A DNA stretch of 64,000 nucleotides. Source: an uncultured cyanobacterium. Lineage in GTDB: Bacteria > Cyanobacteriota > Cyanobacteriia > Cyanobacteriales > Cyanobacteriaceae. The notes beneath the pieces were generated by a model that saw only the letters and a list, made by a program, of their open reading frames with translations, was not told where the DNA came from and searched no databases. This document shows positions 9,580 through 19,431 of this stretch, piece after piece. Position 1 is the stretch's first letter; each line of letters begins with the position of its first letter. The DNA is taken from contig CAVVOP010000020.1 of assembly GCA_963749915.1 (NCBI GenBank), positions 160,001-224,000 of the forward strand, written 5' to 3'. The translations under genes were made by a program, and so were the position numbers.

Positions 9580-12072
9580 TTAAGAAAAAGGCAGATGAAA
9601 AAACCATTGATTCAACCGTCTTAAACCACGGGTTACATAGACGGGGCGAGTATGGTTAAAAACTCCGTAGGCTCGCTGTTTCACCCAGTCGGCAATCAAA
9701 AACCAGATTAATCCATAGGCCCAGACAACTCCTGCTAAACCCCATCCAAGCGGGGTCATGAAGATGCCATACACCGCAATCAGAGTGGCCAGGACTTGGG
9801 TACCCAGGACGGCTGCCAGCAAAATTCGGGCTGGTTTAATCGACCAGAAAGGCCCCTTGGTGCGGGTCACGAAGATGGTGAGATGTCCGGCGACCGACAG
9901 CTTCAGGTAAATCAACGTTTGCAAAAGGCTGCGATCGAGGTGAAAAACTCGCTCCCCCAGATATAACATCCCAAAGGAGCTGACTACACCAGTGAGACCC
10001 AGAATGGTTGCCAACCCCAGGACGACGGGCATATTCCAGGTTTCGGGGCCCTGGGCGGGACGAGTGCGATCATAGGCAATGGAGATAATGGCACCATCAT
10101 TTAATAGAGCCAGCAGCACGATCATGATGGCGGTCACGGGATAGAAGTTGTAGACCAGAATGGAGAAGGTCATGAACAACAAAACCCGAATGGTTTCTGC
10201 GATCCGGTAAATGGCGTAGTTATTCATGCGCTGAAAGATGCGGCGACTTTCCTGAATCGCCTCCACAATCACGCCAAGTCCTGGGGTGAGCAAGACAATA
10301 TCGGCAGCGGCACGGGCGGCATCGGTGGCTCCTGAAACGGCAATCCCGGCATCGGCTTTCTTGAGGGCAGGGGCATCATTGACTCCATCGCCCGCCATGG
10401 CTATGATGTGACCTCGTTGCTGTAAGACCTCCACGATATGGTATTTATGTTCAGGAAAGACCTGCGCAAACCCGGCGGCAGCTTCGATCGCCTCGGCAAC
10501 CTGTCCGGCTTGGTGGGGAGCGGCTTTTTCTAGCAGGCTGGCATCGAGGATGTCTCCTTTTAGTCCCAGTTGATGGGCAGTTTCGCGGGCGATCGCCTGT
10601 TGATCTCCCGTCAACATTTTCAGGTCAATTCCCAGCTTTTTCACTGCCTGAATCATCAGTTGGGAGTCGGTGCGGGGTGGGTCATATAGTGGCAGTACGC
10701 CCAAAAATTGCCAGTTCCCGGAATCGTCAGTCCGGGCAACCCCCAGGGATCTAAATCCACGTTGGGCAAACTCTGCGATCGCCTGATTCACCTGAGGCTG
10801 CACTTGAGCGACATTTTTTGAGAGCGCCAGAATCACTTGGGTTGCCCCTTTGGTCACTTTAAAGCGAGCGCGATCGGCGGTTTCAACGGTGGCTTCCGTG
10901 CGTTTGCCCACCGGGTCAAAGGGCTGGAAATGGATAATTCGATAGGCATCCAGAGATTGGTCAGGCTTCAGTCCCGTGAAGATTGCCAGATCGATGGGGT
11001 CGCCGTCTTCATCCCGAGACGCCAGGGCGGCGTTGAGGATTAGCGATTCTGGAGCGGTATTACCCACACAGAATGGCTCTCCTAGGGTTAACTGGTTGAG
11101 GGTTAAGGTGCCCGTTTTGTCGGAACAGAGAATGTCAATGCCAGCCATCTCTTCGATCGCCGCTAGCCGACTGACGATGGCGTCCTTTTTTGCCAACCGT
11201 TGGGCACCGACGGCCATCGTCACCGACAGCACCGTGGGCATAGCTACGGGGATGGAGGCCACCGTTAACACCAAGACAAACCGCAGGGTCGTCAGCCAGG
11301 GATCGCCCCGAAACAGCGCCACCATGAACACCAGCACCACCAGCACCAGGGCAATCACGATCAGGTAGTCGCCGATTTTCAATACCGCTCGTTGAAAGTG
11401 GCTGACCGTCTGGGCAGATTCCACCAGGCGGGCGGTTTTACCCATGTAAGTCCGAGCGCCCGTGGCATAGACAATGCCATCCAGTTCGCCCTGCTTCAGG
11501 ATGGAACTCGAATACAGCACGCCTCCCACCTGGCATTCTACGGGGAGCGATTCCCCCGTCAACGCCGACTGGTCAACCTGCGCCGGATCTCCTGCTAAAA
11601 ACCGCACATCTGCTGGCACAATATCCCCCAGACGCAGCCGGATCAGATCGCCAGCCACCAGTTCGCGGGCTGGAATTGTCGTCCAAGTGTCGTCTCGCTT
11701 GACCTTGGCTTGGAGTGCCAGTTTCGCTTTGAGTGCGGCGATGGCATTGCCCGCCTGAAATTCCTCCCAAAACCCCACCACGCCGTTGGCGATCAGCAGG
11801 GCTAGAATCAAGCCAAAATCGACCCAGTCTTCCACCAGAGCCGAGAGGATCACCGCCGCCTCAATCATCCAAGGGATCGGTCCCCAAAAGTGCGACAGAA
11901 ACCGCATCAGCGGGCTGACGGTGGTTTCGGGTAACTGGTTATAGCCATCTTGCGATAGTCGCTGGTGGGCCCCCGTCTGGCTCAATCCTTGAGGGGACGT
12001 GCCTAATTGCTTTTGTAGGTCTTCTAACGATAGATGCGAAAGTGTTTCTGGATCGGCAGATCTAGTCATCAT
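9580..12072 (-). CDS. P-type plasma-membrane H+-efflux ATPase (P3A)
   Basis: DQSALTGES, IPVAMP, CSDKTGTLT, GDGVNDAPALK, ALLNDG; GC-rich relative to flanks. Confidence 0.93.
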   Translation of the reverse strand: MMTRSADPETLSHLSLEDLQKQLGTSPQGLSQTGAHQRLSQDGYNQLPETTVSPLMRFLSHFWGPIPWMIEAAVILSALVEDWVDFGLILALLIANGVVGFWEEFQAGNAIAALKAKLALQAKVKRDDTWTTIPARELVAGDLIRLRLGDIVPADVRFLAGDPAQVDQSALTGESLPVECQVGGVLYSSSILKQGELDGIVYATGARTYMGKTARLVESAQTVSHFQRAVLKIGDYLIVIALVLVVLVFMVALFRGDPWLTTLRFVLVLTVASIPVAMPTVLSVTMAVGAQRLAKKDAIVSRLAAIEEMAGIDILCSDKTGTLTLNQLTLGEPFCVGNTAPESLILNAALASRDEDGDPIDLAIFTGLKPDQSLDAYRIIHFQPFDPVGKRTEATVETADRARFKVTKGATQVILALSKNVAQVQPQVNQAIAEFAQRGFRSLGVARTDDSGNWQFLGVLPLYDPPRTDSQLMIQAVKKLGIDLKMLTGDQQAIARETAHQLGLKGDILDASLLEKAAPHQAGQVAEAIEAAAGFAQVFPEHKYHIVEVLQQRGHIIAMAGDGVNDAPALKKADAGIAVSGATDAARAAADIVLLTPGLGVIVEAIQESRRIFQRMNNYAIYRIAETIRVLLFMTFSILVYNFYPVTAIMIVLLALLNDGAIISIAYDRTRPAQGPETWNMPVVLGLATILGLTGVVSSFGMLYLGERVFHLDRSLLQTLIYLKLSVAGHLTIFVTRTKGPFWSIKPARILLAAVLGTQVLATLIAVYGIFMTPLGWGLAGVVWAYGLIWFLIADWVKQRAYGVFNHTRPVYVTRGLRRLNQWFFHLPFS

Positions 12073-12142
12073 TATGACTCCTTTACTGGCAAATTATGGA
12101 AAAACGATATATGGAGTATTCAGCCGTCAGCTACCAGCAAAT

Positions 12143-12985
12143 CTAGTCAAGGGAAAGTATGACCACTTTTCTAGCTAAACCTAGTTTCTTGAGGATGGAA
12201 ATTGCCCACCAAGTCATATCAATTTCCCACCATTTCCATCCTGCTTTAGCAACATTTGGATGAGCGTGGTGATTATTATGCCAACCTTCTCCATAGGTAA
12301 GAATGGCTGCCCACCAAAGGTTACGGGAGTTATCTTCGGTATTGAATGTACGGTAGCCTGTGATGTGGGCAGCAGAATTAATCAACCAAGTGCTGTGCCA
12401 GAGCAAGACGGATCTTAAGAACAGACCGTAGATCACGAACGACCATCCTCCGAGCAGATATAGCAAGATTCCTAGCGGTAGCTGGAGGAGTAGGTAGTAA
12501 CGGTTTAACCAGCGATAGAATGGCTGTCGCTCCAAATCAGGAGCAGATTTTTTATAAATATCGTAGTTAAAAAATTCTGGGCGATCATATAAGAGCCAGA
12601 GTACATGACTCCACCAAAAACCTCGTTTGGCAGAATATGGATCTTTGTCCTTATCTTCCGTATAAGCATGGTGCATTCGGTGTCCAGCTACCCAGAAAAT
12701 TGGACCACCTTGCAATGCCAGCGTGCCAACAATAGCGATCGCATATTCCAGTCCTTTCGATAACTGCAAACTATGGTGAGTCAACAGGCGATGATACCCA
12801 AGACAAATACCAATGCTGCCTAACAACCAATGTAGAAATATGGCAACCCCCAGAGCAGACCAGGAAAAGAACCAGGGAGCTAGGAGAGCGATCACATGAA
12901 CGGCACTGAAAAAACCTACTACCGTCCAATTTAGTGCCAGTGGTTGCCCACCTTCAGGGGAAATTTTAAGTGAACGAGAAGTCAT
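12143..12985 (-). CDS. desC: Delta-9 acyl-lipid desaturase
   Basis: His boxes YHRLLTH, HRMHH, GEGWHNNHH. Confidence 0.9.
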   Translation of the reverse strand: MTSRSLKISPEGGQPLALNWTVVGFFSAVHVIALLAPWFFSWSALGVAIFLHWLLGSIGICLGYHRLLTHHSLQLSKGLEYAIAIVGTLALQGGPIFWVAGHRMHHAYTEDKDKDPYSAKRGFWWSHVLWLLYDRPEFFNYDIYKKSAPDLERQPFYRWLNRYYLLLQLPLGILLYLLGGWSFVIYGLFLRSVLLWHSTWLINSAAHITGYRTFNTEDNSRNLWWAAILTYGEGWHNNHHAHPNVAKAGWKWWEIDMTWWAISILKKLGLARKVVILSLD

Positions 12986-13051
12986 ACCAGTCCTCCTTAT
13001 AAAAAAAAGTTGCGTTCCTTACAGGATTTATTTATTGAATTTGAAAACTGT

Positions 13052-14839
13052 TTATTGAGAAAAGATCAGCACACTGTAGGGTCCAATGGAAAGCGTCCCA
13101 TGCCAAGGAAGCCCATCATAGGCACCCGACTCGGCGATGACGTCAGTGCTGGGATGGTTTTTGAAATCGTCATTATAGCCCTGCCAATCGCTGTTGAAAC
13201 GGAGCTTCCAGGTTCCTGCTGCCGGGAAACCGATGAGGTAGCCATCCTGCGCGTCACGGAAGAAGTTGGCAACGACCACAACATCATCCGCCGATCCGCC
13301 CTTGTCCCAGCGATGGAAAGCGATGACCTTGCGGTCTTCGTCCAGATGATAGACCTCGGTGAACTGTCCGCAGAGTCCACGGGTGAAGCCCTCGAGGTTG
13401 AGCCGCAACCGGATGAGGTCACGGTATAGCCGAACGATGCCATGAAACTCGTCCCGTTGGTCCCAATCGACGGGGACTGTGTCGCGGAACCATCCTCCTT
13501 CGAGGAATTCCTGACCTTGGAAAAGCATGGGGATACCCGGGGCGGTGAAGACCATCGCGGCGGCCAGTGTCGAACGTTTCCTTGCATACCAGCCCTTGGG
13601 GTCGTTCGGGCTGATCTCTTGTGGTACGCGGGAGCTACCATTCGCCACTGCATCGTGGGATTCGCTGTAGATGACCCGGTCGAAAGCATCATCGTTGTAC
13701 CGGTAGCAGATGGCATCGCGGATGGCGGCAAGGGAGCGTTGCTCGTCTTGGGAAGAGATCACCGCCTGGCGGATGGGATGGACGAACATGGCATCCCACT
13801 GAGAGCTGAACCCAGCCCCACCTGCGCCAACATCCTTGGTGAGCCATCTGTTGTTTTGAAGATCTTCCGCGATCGTGATCCGGCCGGGGAATTTCTCTGC
13901 TACCTCGCTATTGATCCACTGGAGCAGACTCCAGCCATCAGGCAAGTCCCGATCTTTAGAGCCGTCCACCGTGTGAATGAATTGGGTCGCATCGAAGCGA
14001 AAGCCATCAACGTGGTATTCATTGAGCCACATCAAGATGTTATCAACAAGGTATTGACGAACCTCGCCACGTCCGTAATCGGGTCTGGTTTCTCCCCAGG
14101 GCGTGTGGGCCCGATCATCGTTGTAGAAGTAGATTCCACCGCGATCGTTCTCGCACCAGCCGTCAAACTGCCAAAGATCGAGGTCGCTGGGTCCTAGGTG
14201 GTTGTAAACAACGTCTAGGATCACCGCAATGCCCTCCTGGTGAGCTCGCTTGACGAACTGCTTAAACGCCAACGGACCTCCGTAGGTGATCTCCACCGAG
14301 AAGATATGGGCGGGGTTGTAACCCCAAGACCAGTCTCCCGCAAACTCGCCTATTGGCATGATCTGGATCGCATTGATGCCCAGTTTTTTCAAATGTCCTA
14401 GACGGGTTGATATTGAGGGGAACTTGCCTGGACGGTTAATATCCTCTTGATCGTTGAACGTGCCGACATGAAGTTCGTAGATGGCCAGTTCGTTCCATGA
14501 GGCGATATGGAAGTCATCCCCTTGCCAGTCAAAGCTCGGATCGTGAACGATCGCGTTTCCGACCGAGTTGGTCACCTCGCGGGCATAGGGGTCAATGCGC
14601 TTGAACTCGCCCCTCGGCGTGGACAGAAAGAACCGATACTGATCCCCAGCTTTAGCCTCGGCTATGTTGACGTACCAGTAACCGTTCTCTTCGGCTTGCA
14701 TGGGGTGCTTGGTATCTTCCCAGTCGTTGAAAGAGCCGATGACGGATACTCCCTGTGCATGGGGTGCCCACACGCGGAAAGCTACTCCTTGGGTGTGGAG
14801 AATTGATCCCATTCCCTTAATCTTGGTTTCATCGCTCAT
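13052..14839 (-). CDS. GH13 alpha-glucan enzyme with CBM48 (branching-enzyme/TreZ-like)
   Basis: FRVWAPHA, YELHVGTF, WGYNP, DVVYNH, FRFD, IAED, ESHD; GGAGG RBS before ATG at 14839. Confidence 0.88.
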   Translation of the reverse strand: MSDETKIKGMGSILHTQGVAFRVWAPHAQGVSVIGSFNDWEDTKHPMQAEENGYWYVNIAEAKAGDQYRFFLSTPRGEFKRIDPYAREVTNSVGNAIVHDPSFDWQGDDFHIASWNELAIYELHVGTFNDQEDINRPGKFPSISTRLGHLKKLGINAIQIMPIGEFAGDWSWGYNPAHIFSVEITYGGPLAFKQFVKRAHQEGIAVILDVVYNHLGPSDLDLWQFDGWCENDRGGIYFYNDDRAHTPWGETRPDYGRGEVRQYLVDNILMWLNEYHVDGFRFDATQFIHTVDGSKDRDLPDGWSLLQWINSEVAEKFPGRITIAEDLQNNRWLTKDVGAGGAGFSSQWDAMFVHPIRQAVISSQDEQRSLAAIRDAICYRYNDDAFDRVIYSESHDAVANGSSRVPQEISPNDPKGWYARKRSTLAAAMVFTAPGIPMLFQGQEFLEGGWFRDTVPVDWDQRDEFHGIVRLYRDLIRLRLNLEGFTRGLCGQFTEVYHLDEDRKVIAFHRWDKGGSADDVVVVANFFRDAQDGYLIGFPAAGTWKLRFNSDWQGYNDDFKNHPSTDVIAESGAYDGLPWHGTLSIGPYSVLIFSQ

Positions 14840-14956
14840 GGTTGGTTCCTCCATTACAAAGATTATCCGATAAGTTTGGCGATGGTGAAATTCGCCGGCA
14901 CGGCTCCGGTGCACGTACCGCTTGAACCGGTTGAGCAGTCAGGCTCTCGGAATGGA

Positions 14957-15148
14957 TCACTTACCGATACGAATTCCCCGGAGAAAACTAAGCAATCCGA
15001 ACACCTTAAGAATCCACAAAATGAGGGCGACGACAACCACAATGTTCAAGATTTGCTTGATCTTGCTGTCCATCGGAATGTAGTTGTTCACGAGCCACAA
15101 TAGAACCCCAACTACGATGATAACGACCACAAACTGGACTAAATCCAT
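14957..15148 (-). CDS. Small membrane protein, Thivi_2564-like
   Basis: VGVLLWLVNNYIPMDSKIKQILN between two hydrophobic helices; AGGAGG RBS. Confidence 0.8.
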   Translation of the reverse strand: MDLVQFVVVIIVVGVLLWLVNNYIPMDSKIKQILNIVVVVALILWILKVFGLLSFLRGIRIGK

Positions 15149-15273
15149 GACTAACCTCCTTTCTATTATCTAATGAGTGGTGACTTGAACTAAATAGCTA
15201 TAGTATTCGTTAAGCATTTTATTTTCTCCATGATCAATTATTCTGGTTTCATCGCTTCGACCTTGTTTACCTC

Positions 15274-15969
15274 CTATAGGACCGTTCCGAACAGAGCCCC
15301 TACAGCAGCAGTCAGCCCCATCGCCAGCACACCCCAAAAGGCAATTCGAACAGCCGATTTCATCACTGGCGCTCCACCTGCACGGGCAGCTAGTACCCCC
15401 AATGCAGTGAGAAAGATGAGAGAGTTCCCAAATACAACGGGCACCAATCTCGATTCGGGCGCTACCAGCACGGTGAGAAGCGGCATAGCTGCACCCACAG
15501 CAAACGCGCCTGCCGATGCCAGTGCCGCTTGCACTGGTCGAGCTGCCAAGCTCTCGGAGATAGCCAGTTCATCACGTGCGTGTGCACCTAATGCGTCATG
15601 AGCCATCAACTGCTTGGCAACTTGTTTTGCTAACAAAGGATCGAGGCCACGATCCACATAGATTGCAGCCAGTTCCTCCCGCTCGGATTGTTCGTCGATA
15701 TTGAGTTCTTTCCGTTCACGGGAAAGGTCAGCTTTCTCGGTATCAGCTTGTGAACTGACCGATACATATTCCCCAGCCGCCATGGACATTGCCCCAGCTA
15801 CCAGGCCAGCCACCCCAGCCACTAAGACTTCGCTGCGAGACCCGTGGGCTGCTGCCACCCCAACGACAAGGCTTGCCGTTGAAACAATGCCGTCGTTTGC
15901 ACCCAAAACTGCGGCACGTAGCCAGCCGATTCGTCCCGTACGATGTCGTTCTTTATGGCTTCTGGGCAT
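15274..15969 (-). CDS. VIT1/CCC1 family Fe/Mn transporter
   Basis: LRAAVLGANDGIVS, SMAAGEYVSVSSQ, HARDEL. Confidence 0.93.
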   Translation of the reverse strand: MPRSHKERHRTGRIGWLRAAVLGANDGIVSTASLVVGVAAAHGSRSEVLVAGVAGLVAGAMSMAAGEYVSVSSQADTEKADLSRERKELNIDEQSEREELAAIYVDRGLDPLLAKQVAKQLMAHDALGAHARDELAISESLAARPVQAALASAGAFAVGAAMPLLTVLVAPESRLVPVVFGNSLIFLTALGVLAARAGGAPVMKSAVRIAFWGVLAMGLTAAVGALFGTVL

Positions 15970-16005
15970 TTTCTTGCTCTCCCTTATGATTGAGGTGACG
16001 AGTAT

Positions 16006-16389
16006 TCATTTCGCCTCATCAACTATTTGAATAGTCTTTTCTTCAATTTCTTTGGCAGCTTGAGCTAATGTTACATCCTGAGTTAGGGTTGAAAGCATTT
16101 GCACTGGCTTAATCAGACCGATCTTCGTTTCACCTTTCTCCGTAAACACTGAAATCCGACAGGGTAACGCCATATTTAGGCGCATATCGATAGACAAAAC
16201 CTTTGCTGCCTGCACCGGATTACAAACTTCAAAAACTTTGCACTCTTCATCAAAGGCAATGCCTTTACTGCGAAGTGTGGCTCCTAGATCGTGAACATGG
16301 AGTACTCCGAAACCATGACTCATAACCGCTGATTCAAGGTCTGTCGATGCTTGGTTGAATGATTTTTTCGTTTTAACTATGTAATACAT
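16006..16389 (-). CDS. DUF302 domain protein
   Basis: FGVLHVHD, EVCNP, LPCRISV. Confidence 0.88.
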   Translation of the reverse strand: MYYIVKTKKSFNQASTDLESAVMSHGFGVLHVHDLGATLRSKGIAFDEECKVFEVCNPVQAAKVLSIDMRLNMALPCRISVFTEKGETKIGLIKPVQMLSTLTQDVTLAQAAKEIEEKTIQIVDEAK

Positions 16390-16437
16390 AGAATTATCTT
16401 GATTTTTGTTTTTCCGCCTCGCCTCTATTCCCGAATG

Positions 16438-16842
16438 TTACTCAGAAAAGTGTTCTCGAACCTTCGCCGCAATTTGGCGATCCGTCATTTTGTCAACTGT
16501 TTCAATACCGACAATGCGTCCACCGAGGTTATGTCCTTCAAGACGTTTTTTAAGTTCATCCTTTGCCTCACCAGGACCAAATATCAGGATAGACTCTGCA
16601 TCACGAATACAGGCAATGACAGCATCATAGTATATGTTCAGATGTCCGGAAAAAGCCCTCTGTTGGCTATCATCTGCAGGCACCTGAAGTGCTTCATAGG
16701 GACTATTCATCGGTGAATCACCAGAACGTCGGGGCTGTTTTTCTACCTCCGATATTATCAGTCCGATCTCTTCCCCTTTCTCCGTAACAGCCACGATAAT
16801 AGCTTCCCTGTGGTCAATCCATAGACCCACTTTTGTTCTCAT
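16438..16842 (-). CDS. eRF1 domain-2-like / host-attachment-like protein
   Basis: VGLWIDHREA...ILIFGPGEAK...ETVDKMTDRQIAAKVREHF; AAGGAGG RBS. Confidence 0.7.
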   Translation of the reverse strand: MRTKVGLWIDHREAIIVAVTEKGEEIGLIISEVEKQPRRSGDSPMNSPYEALQVPADDSQQRAFSGHLNIYYDAVIACIRDAESILIFGPGEAKDELKKRLEGHNLGGRIVGIETVDKMTDRQIAAKVREHFSE

Positions 16843-16880
16843 CGATATATCCTCCTTATTGTACAAGTTATAATAGAAAT

Positions 16881-17297
16881 TCACGATTCCTGATGAAAGA
16901 TGACTCTAACTAAGGAAACAACAACATAGCTTAAGAGAGCATAGGCTACGATCGCAATCAGAATGTTGACATCAAATATATTGGCACCACCAGCTGAAGC
17001 AGGACTAATGAATAAGGTAGAAAATGGAGCAATGAAAGGTGCAGATAGATTATTAATCAACTGAGCAAATTGATTTTGGGGGTTTGCACCAAACAAACGC
17101 AAAAAGAACCTGATTCCCAGTAGTATTTCCAGCATTCCTGCCAGGGAGAAAATGCTGTTAATTATCCAATTCAAGGTATTACTTCGTCTGGCATCTCGCA
17201 GGCGTTTCTCCTCTTGACGAAGTCGGAAAGCCTCTTCATCATGGTGCAGTTCTTGTCGCCGCTCAACATTGGTTTCATCATCGCGATCGTGATTCAT
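16881..17297 (-). CDS. YggT-family membrane protein
   Basis: LRLFGANP...LSAPFIAPF with hydrophobic helices. Confidence 0.75.
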   Translation of the reverse strand: MNHDRDDETNVERRQELHHDEEAFRLRQEEKRLRDARRSNTLNWIINSIFSLAGMLEILLGIRFFLRLFGANPQNQFAQLINNLSAPFIAPFSTLFISPASAGGANIFDVNILIAIVAYALLSYVVVSLVRVIFHQES

Positions 17298-17386
17298 TCT
17301 TAGACCTCAGAGTCAATATTTTTCTGATTTAAATAAAGTCTCCAATCAGTGACATGTACAAGCCACCACTGATTGTTCCTTCCTAC

Positions 17387-18250
17387 CTACTGTCTTTCAA
17401 CTTCTGCCTCCTTTTTAGGATTGCTATCCTTTAAATCGGTTGATTGAGAGAAAATGGGCTTGCGAGTTTTCAAGTTAAAGCGGAATCCTTGAGGTAAGAT
17501 GTGCAACCTGACTCCACACACCGCCATCGCTTCATCTTTGAGCAGTTCGCCTAAATTATCATAAGTTGCCTCTGATTCATCGACAACTGTTACAGCCCCA
17601 CGCCCCACCACTTTAAATTCGTTACCGTCCACAATTACTGCTGTATCTTCGTCAATGCCAAAACCTAAGTTAGCTGGCTGCTGTAAGAGAGCGGAAATCA
17701 GGCGACCTAACCGTCCGCGCTGAGCAAAATGCTGATCGATCACCACTGAGTGCAAAAACCCCATTCCCGACCCCATTTCTATCGCGTCCAAGCGTGGATT
17801 GGTTTCGGAGTCTCCTTCAACAATCATAAAATCGGGCATTATGGCAGCACCTGCACTCGTACCACCGATCACCATTCCTTCCCGATTGCGTTGGTGCAGT
17901 AAGGTATCTAGCTTAATTCCCTTGATGTATTCAATGATATTGGCTTGATCTCCTCCTGTAAAAAACACTCCTGTGGCTTCTTCAATAATTTTCAGTTTTT
18001 CTGGATCATCCGCATCTTCCCTGTGAATGGTATTGACAACACGCACATCCTCGACACCAAGCCGTTCAAACACTCGGGTATAGTCTTCTCCAGACTCACG
18101 AGGCTCGCTTGTTGCCGCCGTTAACACGGCAATTTTAGCTTGAGTCCCACCAGCACAGCGAACAAACTCTCGCAAGATTTCACAATCTTCTTCTTTGTCT
18201 TCTGCTCCACCAATGATGACTAATTGCCCCCGCTCTTTTGTGGATTCCAT
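17387..18250 (-). CDS. cphB: Cyanophycinase (peptidase S51)
   Basis: IIGGAEDK, FTGGDQ, GTSAGA, DQHFAQRGRLGRL, GIDEDT. Confidence 0.92.
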   Translation of the reverse strand: MESTKERGQLVIIGGAEDKEEDCEILREFVRCAGGTQAKIAVLTAATSEPRESGEDYTRVFERLGVEDVRVVNTIHREDADDPEKLKIIEEATGVFFTGGDQANIIEYIKGIKLDTLLHQRNREGMVIGGTSAGAAIMPDFMIVEGDSETNPRLDAIEMGSGMGFLHSVVIDQHFAQRGRLGRLISALLQQPANLGFGIDEDTAVIVDGNEFKVVGRGAVTVVDESEATYDNLGELLKDEAMAVCGVRLHILPQGFRFNLKTRKPIFSQSTDLKDSNPKKEAEVERQ

Positions 18251-18368
18251 ACAAAAACTCCTTGAATAACTAAACAGCACAAAAACAGAAATTGTAACCG
18301 TTCACATTCCCCCTAACCCTCGACGAGAAATGAATAGTTTCGGCAAATTGACAGGGGGAATGAAATAA

Positions 18369-18518
18369 TTACCGTCGTCTCATAAATAAGTTGTAGACAA
18401 CGCCAATCAGCACAAAAACCAAAAGCAGGTGGATTAAGCCGCCGCCAATGTTAACGGAGAATCCTAACAACCAAAGGATGAAAAGTATAACAACAGCAGT
18501 CCAAACGAGATCGAACAT
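18369..18518 (-). CDS. 49-aa lmo0937-like small membrane protein (not in the ORF track)
   Basis: Manual translation MFDLVWTAVVILFILWLLGFSVNIGGGLIHLLLVFVLIGVVYNLFMRRR*; AAGGAGG RBS. Confidence 0.88.
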   Translation of the reverse strand: MFDLVWTAVVILFILWLLGFSVNIGGGLIHLLLVFVLIGVVYNLFMRRR

Positions 18519-18568
18519 AATTTCCTCCTTAATTCGGATAAAAGTAATGAAAATTCAGTCATCGATCT

Positions 18569-19111
18569 TTAATTGAGGATATCTTGAACCTGATCTTTGA
18601 CATCTTCTACTGCATTGCGAACTTGGCTTTCGACTTGTTTAGCTTTTCCAGCAACTTGATCTTGGCGGTTGCCAGTAGCTTTACCTTTCGCTTCTTGAAC
18701 TTTGCCTTCAATGTTTTTGGTAACTGCTTTTGCTCTCCCTTTTAACTTCATCTGGTCTTTCATCTCTTCTGCTGCATTACGAGCCTGACTTTCGACTTGC
18801 TTGGCTTTTCCCATAATCTGATCTTTGGGATCGCCTGTTATGTTGCCGATCGCTTCTTGAGCTTTACCTTCAATATTCTTTGTAACTGCCTTGGCTCGAT
18901 TCATGGTGGCGATTTGAGTCGGGGGTTGGCTGATGAGTTGGGTGGGTAAAGTTGCCGCCCAACTATCTGTAGTTCCAAAATCAAAAGCGATGGTAATTGC
19001 CAGCATTATAGTTAAAATTATGGTGACAAAAAAGCGACGAATCTGTTCAAATGAAATCATTTTTAAAAACTCCAAAAAAGAATTTGATTGTTTAATCATC
19101 TCCTTAGACAT
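18569..19111 (-). CDS. CsbD-family protein with N-terminal hydrophobic segment and two tandem CsbD units
   Basis: RAKAVTKNIEGK.QEA...GKAKQVESQ.RNA occurs twice. Confidence 0.85.
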   Translation of the reverse strand: MSKEMIKQSNSFLEFLKMISFEQIRRFFVTIILTIMLAITIAFDFGTTDSWAATLPTQLISQPPTQIATMNRAKAVTKNIEGKAQEAIGNITGDPKDQIMGKAKQVESQARNAAEEMKDQMKLKGRAKAVTKNIEGKVQEAKGKATGNRQDQVAGKAKQVESQVRNAVEDVKDQVQDILN

Positions 19112-19248
19112 TAGTTAGTCACAGGAAAGAGAGGGGAAAGTGTGGGAGGTGTGGGAAAAATGAAGATTAGGTAAGCTTTTTGTCTTTCCTGTCTTTACAT
19201 ACTCTTCCCTCACCTAACCAGGTCTTTTGGCATTACTGAATCGACCCT

Positions 19249-19431
19249 CTAGTCAACAATCTTTTTGACTTCATCCTTCACATCTTCAATAGTGTGACGA
19301 ACTTTTGCCTCTGCCTGTTTTTCCTTGCCCTCTACCTGAGCTTTGGGATCGCCAGTCACATTGCCGACTGCTTCTTGAACTTTCCCTTCGATATTTTTGG
19401 CGGTTGCCTTGGCTCTATCTTTTAAACTCAT
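19249..19431 (-). CDS. csbD: CsbD-family general stress protein
   Basis: KNIEGKVQEAVGNVTGD...EGKEKQAE; AAGGAG RBS. Confidence 0.9.
   Translation of the reverse strand: MSLKDRAKATAKNIEGKVQEAVGNVTGDPKAQVEGKEKQAEAKVRHTIEDVKDEVKKIVD

Noticed and set aside
10837..11918. Several short ORFs overlapping the H+-ATPase
   Set aside because: Antisense or alternate-frame artefacts of a GC-rich gene.
13010..15103. Long plus-strand ORFs (139, 251, 99 and 75 aa) and the 221-aa alternate-frame ORF
   Set aside because: Shadow frames of the GC-rich GH13 gene with no recognisable motifs.
15230..16716. Plus-strand ORFs over VIT1, DUF302 and the eRF1-like gene
   Set aside because: Antisense to well-supported genes.
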